Shown: piece by piece, positions 10,805-22,639 of the stretch
Numbering within the stretch: the stretch's first letter is position 1
Layout of the letters: each line of letters begins with the position of its first letter
The notes under the pieces: generated by a model
The model's input: only the letters and a program-made list of their open reading frames with translations
Told to the model about the DNA's origin: nothing
The model's database searches: none
Position numbers and translations under genes: made by a program
NCBI RefSeq assembly: GCF_001194135.2
Contig: NC_068987.1
Span: 75,781,977-75,845,976 of the forward strand
DNA length: 64,000 nt
Reading direction: 5' to 3'
DNA from: Octopus bimaculoides
Taxonomy: Eukaryota

Positions 10805-12035
10805 CTCTTTTACTCTTTTACTTGTTTCAGTCATTTGACTGCGGCCATGCTAGAGCACCGCCTTTTAGTCGAGCAAATCGACCCCAGGACTTATTCTTTG
10901 GAAGCCTAGTACTTATTTTATCGGTTCTTTTGCCGAACTGCTAAGTTACGGGATGTAAACACGCCAGCATCGGTTGTCAAGCGATGATGGAGGGACAAAC
11001 AGACATACAAACATATACACGCACATACATATGTACATATATATATATATANNNNNNNNNNNNNNNNNNNNNNNNNNNNNNNNNNNNNNNNNNNNNNNNN
11101 NNNNNNNNNNNNNNNNNNNNNNNNNNNNNNNNNNNNNNNNNNNNNNNNNNNNNNNNNNNNNNNNNNNNNNNNNNNNNNNNNNNNNNNNNNNNNNNNNNNN
11201 ATATATACATATATACGACGGGTTTCTTTCAGTTTCCGTCTACCAAATCCACTCACATGACTTTGGTCCGCCCAAGGCTATAGTAGAAGACACCTGCCCA
11301 AGGTGCCACGCAGTGGGAATGAACACGGAACCATGTGGTTGGTAAGCAAGCTACTTTATTTCAACAATTTGGCCATTAAGGCCTTACAAAGAGGGGACGA
11401 ACAAGGACTGACAAACATAAAGTAGCTGCGGGCTGGAGGCAGACATTAATGAGATGAAGGTGATAGCAACACAGATGAAATAATAATGGGAGGGTACCAG
11501 CGCCCGCCGACCGATAACCCCTCGAAAACATTGTTCATTTAAATACAATACAAAATCAATCAAAAAGTTCAATCATCCTAGCCCGGCCAACCAAGCAGGA
11601 CTCCTGCTGCATGCATGTAAACCCGCGTTGGCTGGCCCGGCATAACGGAGACAAATTCTTCATTATTACAATTTTTCTCTATTGCAAGTCTTTCATTATC
11701 CATGATAACCTCTGCGGAGGCCAACATGGATGATCTATTATGACCGCGTCGTATCTATGACGGGTCAATAGACCATACAAAAAGGGTTCTATGGGCCCTC
11801 CCTTGAGGTAACAGAGAATAGACTCTGTTTCCTCAATATCGTGAGGGCCTGCATTCTGCTCTATCAGCGGCACAATTCCCGCTGACAGAGTCTCCCTCTC
11901 CGGTGGCACACTTCCCAACCGGAGGGGCCTGGGGTTCGGTCGGTGGCACAGTGACTTCCGCCGACCGTCTCCTATTTCTTTTCTTTTTTTTTCTTTTTAC
12001 CAAGCGACTTACCACACAGCCACTCCTACGCCTAT
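10805..12035 (-). mobile_element. tRNA-head SINE family B, interrupted by a gap and by a 644-bp nested insertion (11357-12000)
   Basis: Head aggcgtaggagtggctgtgtggtaag (12035->), body gacggaaactgaaagaaacccgtcgtat, tail ggtgctctagcatggccgcagtcaaatgactgaaac. Confidence 0.9.
11357..12000. mobile_element. GC-richer nested insertion flanked by a 10-bp target-site duplication; probable truncated non-LTR retroelement
   Basis: caagctactt (11347-11356) / caagcgactt (12001-12010). The host SINE resumes exactly after the insert. Confidence 0.7.
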
Positions 12036-12273
12036 GCGAAGAATTAAAATAACAATAGAAGCAGTATTAATACAAAAATGCAAGTTAAGCTGGAATCATC
12101 TATTACGTGATTTCTCTTCAGTTACAGATGTCCAGTAGCCGCATACCAGCCAAATCTTACTGCCAATATATATAGAACTCCAATGGCTTTTCAGGCTCTG
12201 ATGTCGCAAATAGCCAGCAAGCTTATTAAAAGACAATAATTATTAGGGATGGAAGTCGTATTAATATCAAAAA

Positions 12274-12379
12274 GCAATCTTTATATCCAACTTAACATGA
12301 ATAATCTGTTAGAACGCTTAATACTGCGGTATTCGGTGTTCTAACATAGTATCCACGTTAAGTTGGATATAAAGTTTGC
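12274..12379. repeat. ~100-bp near-perfect palindrome (fold-back)
   Basis: ctttatatccaacttaac (12279-12296) / gttaagttggatataaag (12357-12374) is a perfect 18-bp pair. Inner tgttagaacgc/gtgttctaaca and aatac/gtatt also pair. Confidence 0.9.
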
Positions 12380-13036
12380 ATATTCTATTGTAGTTTTAAT
12401 TTTTAGGCACTGCATAACGTTTTATAAATCGATATATATCTGGCTGTGTACATTTACGCCTAAATGTACGCAACTAGATATTTATAGTCTCATATGGTTT
12501 AACTAGAAAGTTCCTCTTCTTACTCTACAGAATGCAGGCCTATACAGAGTTCCTTCTTATGGAAGACCAGTAGAAAATGCATAAATGAAAGTCTCTCCTT
12601 TACCCACCACCGATATAGTCCTAGGGACCGAAACATATCAGAACCAGTATCATCCCAGGAGTTCCAGTCAGAACATAAATAACTGGAACAGGTTTACAAA
12701 AGGTAACCCGTCTGGCTCTCGAACAATTCTACCACTAAATACATGTCCTTCCATCCTGGGCTGACACATTTATCAAGCTCTGATACGACGAAAAGCAATG
12801 TTAGCGGTAATGTTACAAAAAGTTATGTATAGTTGACATCTAGGTTGTAACTGGACTTTCACTGATATCGCTAAGATATCTAATCCAGTTACGAGATATA
12901 AATACAACAAAGTAATGAGATTACTTCTGGATTATTATTCTGCCAGCTCGCGGCCCTATTTATCGATGTATAATATTAAAATTCTGTCTACTGATGGATA
13001 TTCATGAATCATAAAATTTCAATATAAATGTCCACC

Positions 13037-13250
13037 GAGGCGGCGAACAGGCCGAATCATTGCTGCATGTGACAAAATGCCTGGCGACATTTCTTCTGAC
13101 CTTACTTTCCGAGTTCAAATGATGCCGGAGTCGACTTTACCTTTCATACTTTCAGGATCGATGAAATAAGTACTAGTTAAGTACTTGGGTCAATACAATC
13201 GAGTTAATCCCTCTCCTAAACTTGCTGGTCTTGTGCAAACAGTTTAAATC
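13037..13250 (+). mobile_element. SINE family A, diverged, with degenerate 16-bp TSD
   Basis: Head gaggcggcgaacaggccgaatc. TSD aatataaatgtccacc / aatataagtttccact. Confidence 0.8.
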
Positions 13251-14098
13251 AATATAAGTTTCCACTAGGTTCCGAAGGGTGTTTAGTCTCCATTTAATGG
13301 TTTAAAGCTAGACGAATCTTCCTTGGATAGTACATCAACCTTGGTAAAACAATTCTTTCAAATGAATCTCTGACTAGTCCAAAAGTTAGATGTCCAGGGA
13401 AATAAAAAAAATGTAAGTATACAGTAAAAATGTACAAGTTAGGCCTTTCCAGTAGATTTTGAACTCAATACTTATCAACTTAAATTCACAACCCTTACCC
13501 ACAGAGCCGCGCCATATCTAATTCCAAATAAAAGAAATTAGAAAAATTGGTCAACGCCAGTCAAAACGTTTACACATGCGACATACAAATTATTTGCTAT
13601 TTGTAGAATTGCTTTGTTTTAGTGTCTTGTAGTAGACTTGTTTTCCGTTTGTAAACTGTTCTGCTTCTATTTTAAGGTCTGAGTTTATTAAACACGTGTG
13701 TGGTGTCTGCCTAACAGACTTCTTTAACCAATTCTCTTGGGAGACTTCCAATAAAGAAGTATCTGTATCCAGTTTATTTTCTTTAATTGTCTTAATTGCT
13801 TTCCCTTAAGCTGTTTTATTGTTGTCGCTTTTTTAAAAATATATCTGCCATTGTCGTCATAACATCATTGAAGAATATTTACATTTTTTTTTTGTTTATG
13901 AAGACATCGTCTATATGTATTTAGTTTCTGAATTTCAGTAACTTCTAATAGACAATAGATATCAGTGCATCACAGAATAAACCTACAGCAAAGGATGTTG
14001 ATAAGGATGATAAACCACACATCACATATTGAAGCCAGCGAAGGAAACTATGTGATGTATATAACGTTTTGATGTGTACTGACAAATACAAATGTTGT

Positions 14099-14099
<1 letters not shown>

Positions 14100-14145
<46 letters not shown>

Positions 14146-14192
14146 TTACTACTACTACTACTACTGATAACAACAACAACAACAACAACAGC

Positions 14193-14231
<39 letters not shown>

Positions 14232-14248
14232 TTAAATAATAATAATAA
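14100..14248. repeat. Compound microsatellite (CTA)n(CAA)n(TAA)n
   Basis: Direct reading. Confidence 0.95.
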
Positions 14249-14250
14249 TG

Positions 14251-14453
14251 ATCCTTTCTGCTATAGGCACAATGCCTGAAATTTGGTGGAATTACATCTA
14301 TTACATTGACAGCAATGTTTCACTGGTACTTAATTTATCGACCTCGAAAGGATGAAAGGCAAAGTCAACCTCGGCGGAATTTGAACGTAGCGACGGGTGA
14401 AATACCGCTAAGTATTTCGTTCAACGTGCTGACGGTTCTGCCAGCTCACCGCT

Positions 14454-14455
<2 letters not shown>
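14251..14455 (-). mobile_element. SINE family A flanked by (TAA)n arrays
   Basis: Reverse complement of the family A head and body (ggatgaaaggcaaagtcaacctcggcggaatttgaac). Confidence 0.85.
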
Positions 14456-14522
<67 letters not shown>

Positions 14523-15949
14523 GTTACAATAAATCTTCCTAATTATGCCACAAAGCCTGCAATTTTTAGGAATTGGCGGCAGTGGTGTCCCAGCATGGCC
14601 GCAGCTGTCGAGCTAAATGTAGTTAAAGAATAGTCTACATCATTACTAAAGTACATGACTGGTACTTTATTTTATCTCCCTTAAAAGGAAGCCAGGCAAA
14701 ACTGAACTAGTGGGGTTTGGTTTGAACTCAGAATGTAAAGAGTAGGAACTAATACCACGAAAATTTTTTTAGACGATCTAACCGTCCTATTAGTTTCCCA
14801 CAGTAAAAATAGAAATAATCTTTATTTTATTGGCCACTAGGGAGCGAAGTAATTTAGAAAAATATAACGTACTGTTAAGAGAACTTATACATGTAGATAG
14901 AGCGAACAAAATGAAGAGAGAAGTGAAATGAGTTATCTATCATAATAAAAGCAAAATTCTGTCTGTCCATTTGGGACCCCTGTATGTCAGCCTACATTTG
15001 CTCTACATAGATATGTTATACCTTCTAGGAATCAGGATGATCCCAGAATTGAAAATCTGCCATTCATTTGGTTCTCCAGCATCCAGCACTGGGATCTGAT
15101 TTTAAAGCATTTAGATTGTTATTTCTAGCAGGTGAAACTTGGCTGGTTAATGCCATCTTGGTGGCGTTTGTCAGATAACGTTAGAAGTCGAGTGGGAGAT
15201 AAAAGATATTCGCTTCGTTAATTTTACGTCGAGATAAAAAAAAAAAACTTTTGAATAAATTCGCCAACAAAACTAATTGGCCAACAATTGGAATTCAACT
15301 TGGGACTGAAACAATAGAATCATTGCATTACAGAATTAATTCTCACTCGTCCTTAACTTCTGATTAACACCACCGGGGCATACAGTCATTACAGACGTAT
15401 TATAGTCATGCTATTCAGCTCTGCTTAGTTTTGGGCCGCAGGTCCATTTAGCCTCCAACAGGAGCTAGCATCAAAGTCCGCACGGAGAGCGGCTTTTAAG
15501 CTAGTATAATATAAAATAGAACAGGTTAAAGATTTATAAAGCATAAGTAATTGAATGGAATGAATTTAAAAAAGAACGTTAAAACACTAACACTGTGTAA
15601 CAATATTATTTCATCTTTGGTCAATGTTATTTCCTATTTGCTTCTGTTTAGAAATCAAAGGAAATGACTACTATTCCCTTCACACTTTCCTTTTGTGACC
15701 TGGACATCAATGTTTTGAAACTGACCTATTTTCTATTACATTTCAGATAGATTCAGTGCTGAGTAGGTGAAGCAGAAAAATATCGGTACCATGGTGCTTG
15801 TCAGTTTCTTGACCTTTACCATTTGAACATGTCCCTTAGTGGCTGACAATATGTGCCTCTCTAATCATGAGCAGAAGTAGAGGGGGAGCACTACAGCTAT
15901 GTGTGAGAGGGATTCTTTAGAGTTTAAATAAACGTAACGAAGGTAAGGT

Positions 15950-17150
15950 TTGAAAGAAATGTTAGCCATTTGTCATACTTTCTAGGGGCAAGTAAATAGG
16001 AAATAATAGCTGCTAGTCAAGGACAAAAATCGTATTACACAGTGTAATTGTATAAATATATTGATATAACACTTAAATCTTCAATTGCTTTGATCAAGAT
16101 ACTCCACGTTCCTGATTATTCCTCCACTGTACTTTCTTCCTGTATTGTTTGTATTGTTTATGACTGGATATTCTAAAATCGTCCATGATCACGTCTTACG
16201 TTATAGTGTACAAGTGTAAAACCTGGCCGACTGAATCGTCGCAATATAATATTTCTTAAAGTCAAGTACAAACCCGAAATTTTTGTTAGTATTCTATAGT
16301 TTATGTGTAGTTGTCTGCATTTCCTTCTCGATCCGCACTTCTTTGGTAAATTTGTATATTGTGTAATTAAATTGTAAGGGCTTCGTTATTCTTGTAACTG
16401 GCCATGAATTTCATTTCCATCATGGATATAGGCTCTCAAGATATAGGCTCTCAAGATATAGGCTTTCCTTCTTATGAGTTCTTCCTCAGTGGAAAGAATG
16501 ACCTATTCGCAGGAGGTGTATCCTATTTCGCACTTTTAATGACATGTTTGATATTTTTCTTTTGCATTGGTTGTCTTTTTCTGTTTCTTTTAAGAAGTCC
16601 GCTTATCTCCACCATTCTCTGTCTAATCTCCACCCTAATAAACAGATGTAAGGGTTTTGCTATGAGGGGATACTTCCTGGTTGTTTACTTTCCTGCCAGT
16701 GTTGTTGTTTTTTGTGACTCTTTGTTTTTGCCAGTTATCGTTGTGAGAGAAGACTCTCCAGTTTCATAGTTCAATTCTGGGAATGTGGGTAAGGCATTTT
16801 TTTTTACCGACTCACAAGTTGTATTTGGTGCCGCCTTAGGACAGACGACCACGGTGGTTTGTTCTTGTTTGCTTTTGTTTTTTCAAAATTTTATGCAAAA
16901 ATCCCGTAAGTGGATTGTGTCCTCACATCTGTTGCAGCTGATTGTCTAATTTGACACAGTCCTGGTATTATTTTGTGGTCTTGTATGCACGTAAGTATTT
17001 GTATAGCTGTGGTGTTTCCAAAGATTACGACTGCACTTGTCTCCAATCAATTCTGTACCATGAAGGCGGCCACTAGCCAGATGTCAACATCTGAAGCTGC
17101 CTTCTCGTCTCGAGGCTCTAAGGATTTTGCCACTTCACTATCCGACATAA
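15950..17150 (-). mobile_element. Possible heavily decayed non-LTR retrotransposon (ORF1 end / APE start)
   Basis: Strong strand-asymmetric A-richness and loose motifs FTLVHYNVR, IQTIQEE, GTWSILIK reminiscent of APE endonuclease. Many stops. Confidence 0.25.
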
Positions 17151-17190
17151 TAATATCTAAGCACAAGGTTTGAAATATTGGTTTCAAATT

Positions 17191-17520
17191 TTGGCACAAG
17201 GCCAGCGGTTTTGAGGGTGGGGCCAAGTCGATTAAATCGACCCCAGTGCTCAACTGGTACTTATTTTATAGATCACGAAAGGATGAAAGGCAAAGTCGAC
17301 CTCGGCCTAATTCTGCCATCTCGCCGCCTTACAGGTCTGAAACATTGAAGGGAAAAGTTAGTCGATAGCATCGATCACAGTGATTGACTGGCTGATTATT
17401 TTATCGACTTCGGAAGTGTGAAATGCGTGCTGAAGTAGGCGGAATTTGAACTCGAAAGGAAGGGCGCATCACTGCATATCGCATTGTATGCATAACTATT
17501 ACGTACTGCTTAAAGTTTAC
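17191..17520 (-). mobile_element. Two adjacent SINE family A fragments
   Basis: aaatcgaccccagtgctcaactggtacttattttat ... ctgccatctcgccgcctt, followed by a more diverged copy. Confidence 0.75.
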
Positions 17521-17721
17521 TACGCTAACGTTTGTGTATTTATGTCGCCCTTGCGGCTAACACAGACAGAAATATTATTTATGCTTTTTTCCTTTACTTT
17601 TTCACTCGATTTAATCACCACCACAGTAACTGTTTTACCATTCGTCTTTATAATATTGCCCCTGTGACATACAAAAGGGATATATTATTATTAATAAGGA
17701 AAGCATTGTTGTTGCTGATGA

Positions 17722-17754
<33 letters not shown>

Positions 17755-18312
17755 GCTGTTATTTTAACTTATGGTTGTTAGTAATCGCCATTGCTGTCAG
17801 AAAGCTGTTATTTTGTATATTTAAATAACTGGTTTTATTTATTTATTTTTTTCACACCACGGTTGTTTAAAATATAGTCCATACGAATTCAGGTCCCGAA
17901 TGGAAACCATATCATAATAAATATTTAAATGTGACTTCAGTGTTTTTGTTTTCTTTTTAAAGAAACTGAAAATAGTTTCTCAACGTCTTCTGGGGAATAT
18001 ATATATATTCTCCTCTCCATATAGACTAAATATATGTTTTTCTTTTATATTCTTGTGAAACTGTTACAGTCAGGTTTACTAATATGACTACATCTTTGTT
18101 TTCATTTTTCTTTTCGCTGTATTATTTATATATGTATATATTTCTAATCATTTTTATGAGTGTTTTCAATTCGATACTGTTGTTTCCATGGGGGTGGAGG
18201 TCCTTCGTTCTGTCTCCTTAAATTTTATTTTTATACACATTTACACATATTTGTGCCATTTGTTTTCTATATACAAACATATCGACGCAATCCCCGCACA
18301 CCCATATATATA

Positions 18313-18480
18313 TGGAGTAGAAGTGGCTGTGTGGTAAGTAGCTTGCTTACGAACCACATGTTTCCGGGTTCAGTCCCACTGTGTGGCAACTTGGGCAAGT
18401 GTCTTCTACTATAGCCTCGGGTCGACCAAAGTATTGTGAGTGAATTTCGTAGACGGAAACTGAAAGAAGCTCGTCGTATA
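18313..18480 (+). mobile_element. SINE family B head/body
   Basis: gtggctgtgtggtaagtagcttgcttacgaaccacatg...gggttcagtcccactg...gacggaaactgaaagaagctcgtcg. Confidence 0.9.
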
Positions 18481-18517
18481 TATATATATATATATTATTA
18501 TTATTATTACATATATT

Positions 18518-18560
<43 letters not shown>

Positions 18561-18991
18561 CTGTATATGATTTTCACGTTTTATTTACAATCTTATAATA
18601 TAATATAATGAAATGATAGAATATTAAACGTCCTTTCTGATTGAAGTAGTGCTTTCATACATTAAACTATACAATCTTCAAGTTCATATAGTAGTGGTGA
18701 CAGTTATGCTTTACAATTTACAACTGTAGTGAGATGGCTAGACTGTGTGCCTTAAATGCATTTGTATAGGCTCCAGAACTTTAATTTTTGCAAACTGCAT
18801 TCTGACCAATCAGCGTGTTGTTTTACTAAATTACTTAAGCTGATTGGCGTCTGATTTAGGTGTCACGGTTTGTTGAACATGTCAAGAGACCTGTATTTTA
18901 ACCCTGCTCAAAGCAGCAATTGTTGGGCTATTTTTAGAAATGTTGTAAACAAGATTTCCCAGAGATTTTTACATTTATCATCCTTATCATT

Positions 18992-19057
<66 letters not shown>

Positions 19058-19234
19058 GGTGGTGGTGGTAGGAGTGGCTGTTGTAATAGAACTTTAAACC
19101 CCAAAATAAGATTATTTTTACTGACTCTTCTCTTGGCTTAGCTAGTATCTTCCTACTATCGTCATCGTGTGAACCTTTAGTATTGCTGCTGTTGTTGTTA
19201 GAGGTAGTAGAAATAGTACCTCTAAGTATTACTA

Positions 19235-19670
19235 TTATTGTTTATTTAGCTTGGGTTGGAATTTATTAATAAATTTCATTTCCCTGATTTTTCTCTCAAT
19301 TTAACTTGGACTGTGTAGTTTGTAGAATGGAAATATTATTAATATTTTCCGACATATGTTGCTAGATGATTACTCAAAGGTATCTGACGGACATTTGGAT
19401 GTCTAATTTGCTGTCGGTGCACACGTGAACGTTCTGATAGAGCATTTCCAATCTGGCCTACATATAGTTCTTCACAATTCGAGCATTTGATGCAGTAAAT
19501 TAAATTTCTGCATTTGCAGTTTATATTTTCGTTTGTGAATATTTTTCCGGTTTTTGTGTCCAAATATTGGTCGCTATGTATGAATTGGTATGTGCTATCA
19601 TTGCATTTAGATACAGTGAATGATTGGTCTTTGTTGTTAAGATCAAATTTTACCTTTGTTAATAGTTTTT
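19235..19670 (-). mobile_element. Penelope-like element C-terminal GIY-YIG endonuclease remnant
   Basis: ...NCKCRNLIYCIKCSNCEELYVGQIGNALSERSRVHRQQI..., then after a frameshift IFPFYKLHSPS*IERKIREMKFINKFQPKLNKQ*. Confidence 0.9.
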
Positions 19671-19705
19671 ATATATTCAAATTGAATATATATGTGTGTG
19701 TGTAT

Positions 19706-19741
<36 letters not shown>

Positions 19742-19889
19742 GATACCAGATTGTTCATTTACGAAGACATATGATAGAGAAAAAGGGGAAGAAAGACAGA
19801 GGGGCAAAAGAAAGAAGAAAAACAGAAAAACAGAAAAAATGAAATAAACGTAAACAGAAAATAAAGGGGGGAAAAAGGAAGGAACATTC

Positions 19890-20183
19890 ACAGCGACAAT
19901 GCTCTTCTCAATGTGTGATGTACCAGTTGCGAAAATCTTTTGCACTTCCTGCATGGATGGTAAACCAGGAATCATCCTCAAATGACTTTCAGTTCCTTTT
20001 TTTTTTATCATTCCAAGTGTTCCTACAATCATTGGTATTTACCGTCTTGTGATGCCACATTTTTACGATTTCGATCAGCAAATCTTTATGTTTTCTGAGC
20101 TTATAAAATTCTTTTACCGAGATATTATGTTCACAAGAAATGCTCATGTCAATCAATAAACAGACTTTATTGTTTTGGTCTTT
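19890..20183 (-). mobile_element. RLE (restriction-like endonuclease) non-LTR retrotransposon C-terminus (R4/Dong-like)
   Basis: KDQNNKVCLLIDMSISCEHNISVKEFYKLRKHKDLLIEIVKMWHHKTV / PMIVGTLGMIKKKGTESHLRMIPGLPSMQEVQKIFATGTSHI. Confidence 0.85.
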
Positions 20184-20450
20184 CTAACGCCAACTTCTTT
20201 ACAGAGTGTACTGGGTGCTTTAACGTGGCATTGTATGCGTGCTTTTACGTAGCATCGCAAAAGTGCTTTTACATAGCATTGCCACAAGTGCTTTACACCA
20301 TCAGAGGGACCGCTCTTAACACTTCTGCTGCGGAGCACGGGTTTTCTTGAGTACAGCAAGGCACCAGACATATTTGTCCTTTGCCATCTCACCTGAAAAT
20401 TTCAGCGTCCTGAGGTCGTTCTTCAGTACTTCATCCTTCAAACATAAATT
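20184..20450 (-). mobile_element. RTE-clade LINE 3' end with short-tandem-repeat 3' UTR
   Basis: DEVLKNDLRTLKFSGEMAKDKYVWCLAVLKKTR matches the RTE C-terminal 'DL..L.L...A.DR..WR' pattern. UTR has ~20-bp tgccacgtaaaagcac-like repeats. Confidence 0.7.
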
Positions 20451-21164
20451 GTCCACTCTTGATAAAATGCAGAACCGAATGTATTGCATTCGGATAGTGC
20501 TGTGATCTTTTCATCACTCCAGCACACTATCATCAATAGAATACTGTAGTCTTTTCTACTGTCATTTCAATGGGAAGCTTTCAGACTGGTTCCATTCCTG
20601 CTAGTGCGAAACTTATCCATCAGAATTTAATTTGCAAAGTTCAGCAAATCACATCATAATTCACTCCGTATCTCGCGAATAAGCTGCAGGTTCCATGCTC
20701 AAAGTACTTTTTATAGCTCCGGAACAACTGAATTTTGAGATAAATTCTGTTTGCATTTATCTTGTTGACTACGATTTTGATATTTTAAAATTCAATGTTA
20801 AGAAATACCTTGCCAAATGTGTGAGGCTTCCTTTATTTTAATATTTTTGTCGGCTCTATTATTATCTCATTTTGTTTCCTTGTATTAGCTCCATTATTGC
20901 CATCTCACAGTATTTTATTGCCATCAACTCTTTATTTGGTTCTCTTGTTATTTTCTCATCGTATTTAACTTTCAGTTTTTTTATGAATCATTTTATTGCT
21001 ATCTTCCTCTCTTAAATATGAATATGTATATAACGTGCTCTGAGGCATTAATACTGCTTCTCCTTTCTCACTAAGTTTTGCCTAGGGGCCTTGTTTAAAA
21101 TTATTTCGAGTAAAAAAAAATGCACACACACACACAAGCACACACACACACACACATACACACA

Positions 21165-21229
<65 letters not shown>

Positions 21230-21639
21230 TTACGATAATTCCGTGTTCTTGTATATCTCGGATTACGTTGTTCAATGTGTCCGACATTTGTTTCTAAGAT
21301 GTTAAAATGTGATTCGAGAGAAATTTGGCTGATGTTTCTAACAGGTCGTGCAACCATAAAGAGACTCCTTCCTCCTCCCTCTAACAAGTTGCCATAAAGT
21401 ACATATTATCTACTTTCGGTTGTTTCGTAAAATCGATGAAAACTGAATAATTTTTCTTTCAAAGAGGCTGAAATTTATATTGCTCCATAACACAGTCGTA
21501 TGTATTTATTCAAAGCATTTATATACTTATTCTATTTTATTTTACTTTTACTTGTATTCCTAAAATGTGATATTAACTAAACGTTTTATGTCTTTTCTTC
21601 CATGAAATAGCTTTTTTAGACTGATGATATAAACGCCCT

Positions 21640-21830
21640 ACTTGAAATATTTCACCCAAGAGAGCCGTATAGTAATCAATAGCCCTGTTCTTGAAGAAGC
21701 GTTACTAAAATAGAAAAGATTTGCTTTGAGGGAAAAAAGACATATGGAAAACGTCAACAAATAGTTTACCTCAAGTATATAATAGATTTTCTCCAGAATA
21801 AATACAGATTTCAATGATATATTTTATAAA
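21640..21830 (+). mobile_element. Possible RTE-like LINE C-terminal remnant
   Basis: KICFEGKKTYGKRQQIVYLKYIID resembles 'EGKIEGKR.RGR.R..Y.D'. Confidence 0.3.
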
Positions 21831-22639
21831 GATTCTGAAAAAAAGAAAAAAGAAATTAAATCTATTTTAAATATGATGTGGATTTAATAATTGTAGGTCC
21901 GAGGTTTCGACCTCGTTGTGTCTCATCACCTCCGATGTAGTTATAATAATGCTTGCTCTTTTAGTCTGACAGTTTATATATTACGCAATAGACAGAAGTG
22001 ATGTGGTGGTGTAGATTCAGAGAGCGCATTAGTGTACAAAAAGGTTATGTAGCTTACGATATAGCGTATTAATTAAATAATTTCATGTGAGAAAGCATTC
22101 CCAGTCTTACTCTAATGCAATCTTCAGGTGCTGGAGATTAGAAAGAATATTAAAGATTATTGTTCTATAATACAAGTGACAACATCACACTCTCTCCCAC
22201 CTCTCTTCTTTCTCTTTCTCTTTCTCTCACATCCTCACATTTAGTCGAAGCTCTTCCATACTCACCGCGAGTGAAATATTTCTCTCAGTGATTTACTTTG
22301 CCAAGCTAATTTCCACGTCGACACCTCTACAACATTTTATATCGATTTCGTGGTTCTTGCATCAGTACATTACCATGTACGGTGCAATCTATAATTTACG
22401 GTGGTAAAGGTAATAAAGCAGAAGCATGTTAACTGTTATCAACTGTACTTATCGAAATGATAAATAAAATACGAATCACTGAGATTAAAGATTTTCCTCA
22501 CCCCATATATTTTTCTTTACTGCTCATTACATTAAAAATATTAATACTTATTAACTATTGCAATTAACAGTGTTATATCCACTCCTACTTATTTTCGACT
22601 TCAAGACTTGTCTGAGACGTGTTGCAATGCAGTATGAAA

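Noticed and set aside
21900-21930. cgaggt-ttcg-acctcg hairpin and GTGATGA-gac/gtc-GAAA on the minus strand
   Set aside because: C3>G and no GUH triplet. A short hairpin like this is expected by chance.
22260-22375. Minus-strand GTGAGT donor with a short open frame
   Set aside because: Only ~19 open codons from a weak acceptor, with no recognisable peptide.
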